Assembly (NCBI GenBank): GCA_964439935.1
Contig: CAYTPW010000007.1
Coordinates: forward strand, 33,932-97,931
Origin: an uncultured bacterium
GTDB taxonomy: Bacteria > Fidelibacterota > Marinisomatia > Marinisomatales > TCS56
Direction of reading: 5' to 3'
DNA length: 64,000 nt
Part shown: in pieces, positions 57,311 through 64,000 of the stretch
Position numbering within the stretch: position 1 is the first letter of the stretch
Layout: each line of letters opens with the position of its first letter
Position numbers and translations under genes: made by a program
Notes under the pieces: generated by a model
What the model was told of the DNA's origin: nothing
Database searches by the model: none
The model's input: only the letters and a program-made list of their open reading frames with translations

Positions 57311-58477
57311 ATGTTAACGATTGCAGTATTAAAGGATACCGCAGCTGGCGAAAAACGAGTTGCTCTGGTTCCTGAAAGTGTCAAGCGTCTCACTAAACTT
57401 GGCGCGAAAGTCCTTTTGGAAGAGGGCGCTGGTGAGCAGGCTGGTTTTACCCGGTCGCAGTATGAAGCGGCCGGGGCGATAATCGTTGCTGATTATCAAC
57501 AGTTGCTGAAAGAGGGGACGGTCTTTCTCAAGGCACAACTGGTTTGTCTATCCGATGAAGAAACTTTGAAAATGATCGATCCACTGCCCAAGGATTCAGT
57601 CATTATCGGATTCATGAATCCGTTCAAATATATCCATAATGTGGAGAAGCTGGCCGCTAAAGGTGTCACCAGCCTGGCGATGGAGCTGGTGCCTCGGATA
57701 AGCCGGGCGCAACGTATGGATGCCCTGAGTGCCATGAGTTCATCTGCTGGTTATAAAGCAGTGGTTCTAGCCGCCGCTTCTCTGAATAAATTATTTCCAT
57801 TAATGATGACCGCTGCTGGAACAATTTCACCGGCTAAAGTCCTGGTGATCGGTGCCGGTGTAGCTGGCCTGCAAGCCATTGCCACCGCTAAGCGTCTGGG
57901 AGCAAAGGTTTTCGCATTTGATACCCGCCCGGTTGTAAAAGAACAGGTGGAAAGTCTGGGTGCCAATTTTGTATCCCTGGAAACTGACTCGGAAGCGGAA
58001 AGCTCTGGCGGTTATGCCACCAAATTGTCTGAAGATTTTTATCGACATGAGCAGGTAATAATCGGCAAACATCTGCCGGATACTGATGTGGTAATTACCA
58101 CCGCCCAGATTTTCGGAAAACGGGCACCACTCCTGATTACTGTAGAGATGGTTCAGTCGATGCGCTCCGGATCGGTGATTGTCGATCTGGCAGCTGAAGC
58201 CGGTGGCAATTGCGAGCTCACTGTTGCCGAAAAAATCGTTGAGCGACATGGCGTCAGCATCTATGGTAAAACCGATTTACCGGGTTCTTTATCATACCAT
58301 GCCAGCGAAATGTACAGTCGTAATGTCACGGCCCTGCTGCAGGAAATGATTAAGGATGGTGAACTGGTAGTAGACCTTGATGATGATGTTATCAGCGGCA
58401 CACTGCTGACCCATGCCGGTAAAGTAATGAATAAACATGTACAGGATTTGTTGGATCGCGCAGAGGAGGAGCAATGA
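57311..58477 (+). CDS. pntA: NAD(P) transhydrogenase subunit alpha part 1
   Basis: 388 aa with an alanine-dehydrogenase/PNT N-domain and the VIGAGVAGLQA dinucleotide motif. The RBS is AAGGAG. Confidence 0.9.
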   Translation: MLTIAVLKDTAAGEKRVALVPESVKRLTKLGAKVLLEEGAGEQAGFTRSQYEAAGAIIVADYQQLLKEGTVFLKAQLVCLSDEETLKMIDPLPKDSVIIGFMNPFKYIHNVEKLAAKGVTSLAMELVPRISRAQRMDALSAMSSSAGYKAVVLAAASLNKLFPLMMTAAGTISPAKVLVIGAGVAGLQAIATAKRLGAKVFAFDTRPVVKEQVESLGANFVSLETDSEAESSGGYATKLSEDFYRHEQVIIGKHLPDTDVVITTAQIFGKRAPLLITVEMVQSMRSGSVIVDLAAEAGGNCELTVAEKIVERHGVSIYGKTDLPGSLSYHASEMYSRNVTALLQEMIKDGELVVDLDDDVISGTLLTHAGKVMNKHVQDLLDRAEEEQ

Positions 58478-58782
58478 TTGCCGACCTTTTAATTCAGATT
58501 TATGTCTTTGTGCTGGCCGTTTTCGTCGGCTTCGAAGTGATCACTAAAGTACCGCCAACACTGCACACGCCGCTCATGTCCGGCTCCAACGCAATTTCAG
58601 GAATCACAATTGTTGGGGCGCTGATAGCAGCCGGTTTCACCGAACTGCGGATTGCGACCTTTTGGGGTGATCTGAATGTGAGCGCAGTGCTGGGCTTCAT
58701 AGCAATCATTTTTGCTACTATTAACGTAGTTGGTGGTTTTCTGGTTACCGACCGCATGCTGAAAATGTTCAAGCGGAAGTGA
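58474..58782 (+). CDS. NAD(P) transhydrogenase subunit alpha part 2 (membrane)
   Basis: 102 aa with three to four TM segments. It overlaps the pntA stop (ATGA). Confidence 0.85.
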   Translation: MIADLLIQIYVFVLAVFVGFEVITKVPPTLHTPLMSGSNAISGITIVGALIAAGFTELRIATFWGDLNVSAVLGFIAIIFATINVVGGFLVTDRMLKMFKRK

Positions 58783-58789
58783 GGGGGTC

Positions 58790-60187
58790 ATGTTATTACA
58801 GACAGTGATTATTCCCGTGGCCTATCTGTTATCGGCCGTATTGTTTATTTTAGGACTTAAACAACTATCGCATCCTAAAACTGCTCCCCGTGGGAACCGG
58901 ACCGCTGCAGTGGGTATGCTGATTGCCATCGTGGCAACACTGATTTACAAGGATGTGATCGACTATACCCTGATCATCGCCGGAATTATAATCGGTGGTG
59001 CGATCGGTGCTTACGCTGCTAAAAAAGTGGAAATGACCGCTATGCCACAAATGGTGGCAATCTTCAACGGTTTTGGCGGCGGTGCCTCGGTTTTAGTGGC
59101 AACCGCTGAGTTTTATCGCTTGATCACCGGAATGGAGACCATTGCCGGATTCACGCTCGCTACTATCGGTTTGAGCATCATAATCGGTGGTATCACCTTC
59201 ACCGGTAGTATTGTGGCATTCGCCAAGCTGCAGGGCATTATGCGCGGGGCACCGATTTTATTCAGGGGCCAGCAGCTAATCAACAGCTTTTTATTAATCA
59301 GTACGGTCGTCCTGACGGTATTGGCCGTTCTGGTTGGAGCCAGGGCTGGTGTTTATATTCCAGCTATCATTTTTGTTGCTTTGATTCTGGGTTACATGTT
59401 CGTCATTCCGATTGGTGGTGCTGATATGCCGGTTGTCATTTCCCTGTTAAATTCCTTTTCCGGTATCGCCGCTGCCGCCACCGGTTTTGTCCTGTCTAAT
59501 AATGCCCTGATAATATCCGGCTCTTTGGTTGGAGCCAGCGGCATTATCCTGACTGATATCATGTGTAAGGGAATGAACCGGACAATCTGGAATGTATTGT
59601 TTGCCGGTTTTGGTGGTGATGATCTGGCTCCCGGTGAAGGCGCCGTTCAGACCTCGACCAAACCAGTAAAATCGTATGAGCCGGAAGATACGGTCGTGAT
59701 ATTTGAGAATGCCCAGCAGGTAGTGGTCGTTCCCGGTTATGGAATGGCTGTAGCCCAGGCTCAACATGCTGTGCATGAATTGGAAAAAGTATTGGAAATC
59801 AAGGGGATCAAGGTCAAATATGCCGTACATCCCGTAGCCGGTCGTATGCCGGGTCATATGAATGTGCTGCTGGCGGAAGCGAATGTACCCTATGACAACC
59901 TTTACGACCTGGATCAGATTAATCCTGAATTTGAGGAGACTGACGTTGCCCTGGTGATCGGAGCGAATGATGTTGTCAATCCGGCTGCTCGTCACGATAC
60001 CGCCAGTCCAATCTATGGCATGCCGATTCTGGATGTCGACCGGGCTCAGACCGTATTTGTACTCAAACGCAGTATGAATCCCGGTTTTGCGGGCATCGAA
60101 AATGAACTGTTTTATAACGACAATACGATCATGCTATTTGGCGATGCCAAAGAAACGGTTTCCCGACTGGTTGCTGAACTGAAATAA
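58790..60187 (+). CDS. pntB: NAD(P) transhydrogenase subunit beta
   Basis: 465 aa with an N-terminal polytopic membrane domain and a C-terminal NADP(H) domain (PGYGMAVAQAQH, HPVAGRMPGHMNVLLAEA). Confidence 0.9.
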   Translation: MLLQTVIIPVAYLLSAVLFILGLKQLSHPKTAPRGNRTAAVGMLIAIVATLIYKDVIDYTLIIAGIIIGGAIGAYAAKKVEMTAMPQMVAIFNGFGGGASVLVATAEFYRLITGMETIAGFTLATIGLSIIIGGITFTGSIVAFAKLQGIMRGAPILFRGQQLINSFLLISTVVLTVLAVLVGARAGVYIPAIIFVALILGYMFVIPIGGADMPVVISLLNSFSGIAAAATGFVLSNNALIISGSLVGASGIILTDIMCKGMNRTIWNVLFAGFGGDDLAPGEGAVQTSTKPVKSYEPEDTVVIFENAQQVVVVPGYGMAVAQAQHAVHELEKVLEIKGIKVKYAVHPVAGRMPGHMNVLLAEANVPYDNLYDLDQINPEFEETDVALVIGANDVVNPAARHDTASPIYGMPILDVDRAQTVFVLKRSMNPGFAGIENELFYNDNTIMLFGDAKETVSRLVAELK

Positions 60188-60222
60188 ATATTTTAATTCA
60201 GCAACCTTTCATATCAATCCAA

Positions 60223-60250
60223 GAGGATCGTGCACGATCCCCTTATTTTA
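60223..60250 (+). terminator. Rho-independent terminator
   Basis: A perfect 16-nt palindrome GGATCGTGCACGATCC (60225-60240) is followed by a T-rich tract. Confidence 0.6.
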
Positions 60251-60317
60251 TTGCACCAATTCATTTTTATTTGTACAATTACTAAGTTAATTAATCAATC
60301 GAAATTCGACTACTTCC

Positions 60318-61265
60318 ATGAATGAACTTTTCCCCCCGATAGAACCCTTCAACGAATTTGATCTTAAAGTATCTGAATTACATACGATCCATGTCCAGGA
60401 ATCGGGTAATCCAAACGGTAAACCGGCTGTATTTTTGCATGGTGGCCCAGGTGGCGGGATTGAACCGGTTTACCGGCAATATTTCGATCCGGGTAAATGG
60501 CGTTTGATTCTGTTTGATCAGCGGGGCTGCGGAAAGAGCAAACCATTTGCGGAACTACGCGAAAACACAACCTGGGATCTGGTTGCCGATATCGAAAAAA
60601 TACGTACTCAACTGAAAATCGATAAATGGGTTGTATTCGGCGGCAGTTGGGGCAGTACGCTGGCCCTGGCTTACAGCCAAACCCACCCTGAGCAGGTGAA
60701 AGCCTTAATTTTGAGGGGTATTTTCCTGCTTCGAAAATCAGAATTGCACTGGTTTTACCAAGAAGGAGCTAGTAATATTTATCCAGATGCCTGGGAAAAA
60801 TTTCTGGAGCCGATACCGCCAAATGAGCGAAACGATCTTTTAGCGGCCTATTATAAACGCTTGACGGATGATGATCCTGAGATTCGCCTGGCTGCAGCCA
60901 GAGCCTGGAGCGTCTGGGAGGGCAGCACTAGTAAATTGCATCCCAATGAATCGCTATTGGATCGCTTTGCCCAGAGCCAGTTTGCCGAAGCATTTGCCCG
61001 GATCGAGTGCCATTATTTTACCAATGGCGGTTTCCTGGAAACAGAGGATCAATTACTGGATAATATCGACCGGATCAGACAGCTACCGGCCGTTATTGTT
61101 CAGGGACGCTACGATGTAGTCTGTCCAATCACAACGGCCTGGGATTTGAAGCAGGTCTGGCCGGAAGCCGATTTTCACATTATTCTTGATGCCGGTCACT
61201 CGATGACAGAACCGGGAATTCGATCGAAGCTGATCGAATACACCAATCGGTTCGCTGAATTATAA
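60318..61265 (+). CDS. pip: prolyl aminopeptidase (proline iminopeptidase)
   Basis: 315 aa with HGGPGGG and the nucleophile elbow GGSWGST. It has a C-terminal His (AGHS). Confidence 0.9.
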   Translation: MNELFPPIEPFNEFDLKVSELHTIHVQESGNPNGKPAVFLHGGPGGGIEPVYRQYFDPGKWRLILFDQRGCGKSKPFAELRENTTWDLVADIEKIRTQLKIDKWVVFGGSWGSTLALAYSQTHPEQVKALILRGIFLLRKSELHWFYQEGASNIYPDAWEKFLEPIPPNERNDLLAAYYKRLTDDDPEIRLAAARAWSVWEGSTSKLHPNESLLDRFAQSQFAEAFARIECHYFTNGGFLETEDQLLDNIDRIRQLPAVIVQGRYDVVCPITTAWDLKQVWPEADFHIILDAGHSMTEPGIRSKLIEYTNRFAEL

Positions 61266-61481
61266 ATTCCGTATATTATCTCCAGCCTTTCATTTTTGGT
61301 ATAATTCTTGACGTTTTCTATCCAGAGTTGGCTACCGAAATCAGGCGCTGTTTTTTCGTATCTCTGATTGCGGACAACTTAATCCGTTTTTAAATTGGAC
61401 GTTCGATAATTATGCATGATGCAGAAAAAGTTTAGATCAATAATAGTAAGTGTGCCTTTAGAATGAGGAGCGAAAAGGAAT

Positions 61482-61904
61482 ATGAATAAGATTCAAAAAA
61501 ACTATCAATCAGGTTTCACGATGATTGAAATCATGGTTGTGGTTGTAATTGTAGCCATCCTAGCGGCGATTTCGGTACCGATATACGTCCAGTATGTTGA
61601 AAGTGCGCGGGCTTCTGATGCCCGTAGTACACTTAGCGCTTTATATAAAAATGCTCGAGTATTTTATCAGGACCGGGGTGAGTGGCCGTCCGATGTGGAA
61701 GACCTTCGCCGTGACGGCTATATGGAAATTGATCGCGGTACCCTGCGACAATGGACATTTGACATTTCAGGATTGGATGAAGAAATTATAGCAACCAGTA
61801 CCGATGAAATGCCCGGTGGCGCTGGCAAGGAAATCCGCTACGATCTGATTCGAGGTAAATTTATTGGTTATGGTACCTTCGGTAAGGATGCAGGAGAGCA
61901 ATAA
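61482..61904 (+). CDS. type IV pilin-like protein (prepilin N-terminal cleavage/methylation domain)
   Basis: G-FTMIEIMVVVVIVAILAAI is a class III signal. The RBS is GAGGAG. Confidence 0.8.
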   Translation: MNKIQKNYQSGFTMIEIMVVVVIVAILAAISVPIYVQYVESARASDARSTLSALYKNARVFYQDRGEWPSDVEDLRRDGYMEIDRGTLRQWTFDISGLDEEIIATSTDEMPGGAGKEIRYDLIRGKFIGYGTFGKDAGEQ

Positions 61905-61912
61905 GCGTTATA

Positions 61913-62965
61913 ATGAATATTGACGAATTATTGTCATATGCCCTCAATAGCGGGGCTTCTGATTTGCATTTAAGTGTGGGATCAATTCCCATGCTGCGGA
62001 TCAACGGTACGATGAAGCCGCTGAAAATGCCGGAATTGGTACAGGAAGACATGGAATCGATCCTGCCCCAGGTGATGAACGAAGATCAGATGCGGATGTT
62101 CAGCGAGCGAAAAGAGATTGATTTTTCCGCCAAGCTGGAAGGTAAGGGACGTTTCCGGGTCAATTTCTTTCACCAGATACGGGGACTGGCCGGTGTCTTT
62201 CGAACGATTCCCGAGATCGCTAAAACGGCCGATGAATTGCTACTGCCGCCGGTGATCAATAATTTGGCCATGCGTGACCGTGGACTGGTATTGCTGACCG
62301 GTCCAACCGGATCTGGGAAAAGTACCACGCTGGCAGCCATGGTTGATCATATTAATACTAATCGCAGCTGCCACATCATTACCGTAGAAGATCCGGTGGA
62401 ATATTTTCATCGCTCTAAATCCAGCTTGATCAACCAACGTGAACTGGGAGCGACCACTCATAGTTTTGCCAATGCCCTGCGGGCTGCTTTGCGAGAGGAT
62501 CCGGACGTGATCCTGGTTGGTGAAATGCGCGATCTGGAGACCATATCACTAGCACTAACCGCCGCCGAAACCGGCCACCTGGTACTGTCTACTCTCCATA
62601 CTTCCAGTGCTGTGAAAGCGGTGGATCGGATAATCGATATTTTCCCGGCCAGCCAGAAAGGGCAGATTCGTTCAATGATGTCGGAAAGCTTGATTGCCGT
62701 TATTGCCCAAAAGCTGCTGCCGGCAAAAGATGGAAAATCGCGGATTCCAGTTTGTGAGGTTATGATCGCTACCACGGCGATCCGGAATCTGATTCGCGAG
62801 GACCGGATCTATCAGATTCCTTCTGTGATTCAGTCTGGTGGTACCGAAGGCATGCAGTCCCTTGATCAGGATCTGCAGCGGTTGTTGGCACAGGGGATGA
62901 TCGAGCGTACGATGGCTGCTCAGATCGCCGATAATCCAAAATTATTTACCTCCAATATTATATGA
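61913..62965 (+). CDS. pilT: type IV pilus twitching motility ATPase PilT
   Basis: 350 aa with Walker A GPTGSGKST and His-box TGHLVLSTLHT. The N-terminus ASDLHL and the size are PilT-like. Confidence 0.9.
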   Translation: MNIDELLSYALNSGASDLHLSVGSIPMLRINGTMKPLKMPELVQEDMESILPQVMNEDQMRMFSERKEIDFSAKLEGKGRFRVNFFHQIRGLAGVFRTIPEIAKTADELLLPPVINNLAMRDRGLVLLTGPTGSGKSTTLAAMVDHINTNRSCHIITVEDPVEYFHRSKSSLINQRELGATTHSFANALRAALREDPDVILVGEMRDLETISLALTAAETGHLVLSTLHTSSAVKAVDRIIDIFPASQKGQIRSMMSESLIAVIAQKLLPAKDGKSRIPVCEVMIATTAIRNLIREDRIYQIPSVIQSGGTEGMQSLDQDLQRLLAQGMIERTMAAQIADNPKLFTSNII

Positions 62966-63417
62966 AAAAGCTACGTCAAAAACTGGAACAAGGCTTTACG
63001 CTGATGGAAGTCATGATCGGGATTCTGATAGTGAATATCGGCGTTGTTTCCATGCTGACCGGAGTCGTCCATGCCCACAATATTCTACGGTCAACGGAAT
63101 TGAAAGAACGGGCTTTTGAAGAAGTACGGATGGAACTAGAACGCTGGCGGGGGCGGATTGCCGATGGACGGATCCTGCCCCGTGAATTGAATGGCGACCC
63201 CCAGGGGAAGACGATATACCTGGAAGGAAATGACCGGAGCGATGATGCAATTGAAGCAATAATTACTTATGATCCCATAATGAACGTACCAGACGGCGTT
63301 TCCGATCCCTCGCGTTATCAGTTACGGGTTAATATTAAATGGCAGGATTTTACCATGCTCGGTCGGGCTCGCAATCGCGATATGAGCCTCTCAATGGTAA
63401 TGCTGAAATTTGAATGA
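62962..63417 (+). CDS. prepilin-type N-terminal cleavage/methylation domain protein (minor pilin/pseudopilin-like)
   Basis: It has the G-FTLMEVMIGILIV motif and overlaps the pilT stop (ATGA). Confidence 0.7.
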   Translation: MKKLRQKLEQGFTLMEVMIGILIVNIGVVSMLTGVVHAHNILRSTELKERAFEEVRMELERWRGRIADGRILPRELNGDPQGKTIYLEGNDRSDDAIEAIITYDPIMNVPDGVSDPSRYQLRVNIKWQDFTMLGRARNRDMSLSMVMLKFE

Positions 63418-64000
63418 TGAAGCTGAAGCGTTTTTATTCCGGTACCACCTTAGTGGAAGTCACCGCGACTATCATGATTATTGGTTCAGTCTCACTAGGA
63501 ATGATGTTTGGCCTGGCCAATTTTTATTATCATTATCAGGAGGAAAAAGTCGTCAGTGATATTAATGAATATGGCCGGATGGCTATGAACATGGTGGTGG
63601 AGGAGTTGAATACGATTGTGCAACTAGATCCTCCCGGCCATTTTAATGGTTACAGCATGATCACTGGTATTAAACGTGATCCTGAAACCGGCTTTTTTGA
63701 AAATGTTCGCATCACGGCCCGGAAAAATTCCGGTCTGTTGATTAATGGTGAAATTCCTTTAAGTGGTGATCTGGAGCTGCCGGATTTTGGCCAGGGAATT
63801 GACGGTGGAGTACGAACAATTAAATTGGTGGATTTTGATGTTATCTATGACCGTGGTCTGAATTCAAACAAGCAGAAATACTGGGAATCAGCGCTGGATA
63901 TTGTCCTGATTCTGGGGCTGGAAACGGAAATCGCCCCCGGAAGAAAAAATTACACCAATGCCAAACCGGAATACATCAAATTTACCCGCCGTGTTTTTGT
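63414..64000 (+). CDS. pilin-like protein, partial (runs off window end)
   Basis: This ORF is not in the ORF track because it is open to the end of the window. By hand translation it reads MMKLKRFYSGTTLVEVTATIMIIGSVSL..., with a prepilin-like hydrophobic N-terminus. Its start overlaps the upstream stop (ATGA). Confidence 0.5.
   Translation, partial: MMKLKRFYSGTTLVEVTATIMIIGSVSLGMMFGLANFYYHYQEEKVVSDINEYGRMAMNMVVEELNTIVQLDPPGHFNGYSMITGIKRDPETGFFENVRITARKNSGLLINGEIPLSGDLELPDFGQGIDGGVRTIKLVDFDVIYDRGLNSNKQKYWESALDIVLILGLETEIAPGRKNYTNAKPEYIKFTRRVF

Noticed and set aside
61266-61481. Sigma-54 (TGGCAC-N5-TTGCA) promoter upstream of the pilin gene.
   Set aside because: TGG and GC elements are present, but not at the required 10-nt GG-to-GC spacing.
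1-64000. Scan of all intergenic regions for tRNA, rRNA, tmRNA, CRISPR repeats, IS elements or prophage genes.
   Set aside because: I found no cloverleaf-like or rRNA-like sequences, no regularly spaced direct repeats and no transposase or phage ORFs. A tRNAscan/Infernal run would be needed to exclude small RNAs formally.

Overview
This 64-kb window looks like a chromosomal segment from a moderately AT-rich, diderm-type bacterium. Many genes carry lipoprotein signal peptides, there is an outer-membrane-type beta-barrel candidate, and type IV pilus genes sit at the 3' end. Most starts use clear Shine-Dalgarno sites (GGAG/GGAGG). I recognised no rRNA, tRNA, CRISPR array, transposase or integrase by eye. 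About 58 protein genes are supportable, and most are housekeeping or metabolic. They include a minus-strand block with a PLP enzyme, ROK kinase, Gfo/Idh/MocA oxidoreductase, RtcB, archease and two SDRs. Others are secreted or lipoprotein genes, PepF-type oligoendopeptidase, polA, an ABC-2 exporter, trpF, a VanX-type dipeptidase, an Eis-like GNAT, NamZ-like DUF1343, acs, pepA, rmuC, a UvrD-type helicase-nuclease fusion, an ECF sigma operon, NfnAB-like plus PntAAB transhydrogenases, proline iminopeptidase, and a pilin/pilT cluster that runs off the end. Two things stand out. (1) Positions 37.4-42.3 kb form an AT-rich block of minus-strand genes separated by 125-132-nt imperfect inverted-repeat elements. 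These start with RYYYAAC and end with GTTRRRY. The inverse core behind each ORF is the exact complement of the core in front of the same ORF. That is the architecture of integron gene cassettes with attC sites, but no integrase is present, so I call it CALIN-like. (2) Positions 45.5-48.9 kb hold a translationally coupled trio: a CysH-type sulfonucleotide reductase, a threonine-synthase-fold (cysteate-synthase-like) PLP enzyme, and an alpha-oxoamine synthase. I interpret this as a sulfite -> cysteate -> sulfonolipid (capnine-type) module. Smaller observations are listed in findings: a His/Asp-repeat metal-binding tail, a 10x TMGG repeat protein, candidate operators, and two adjacent transhydrogenase systems. 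All functional calls rest on motif and family recognition from the translations. No database search was run.
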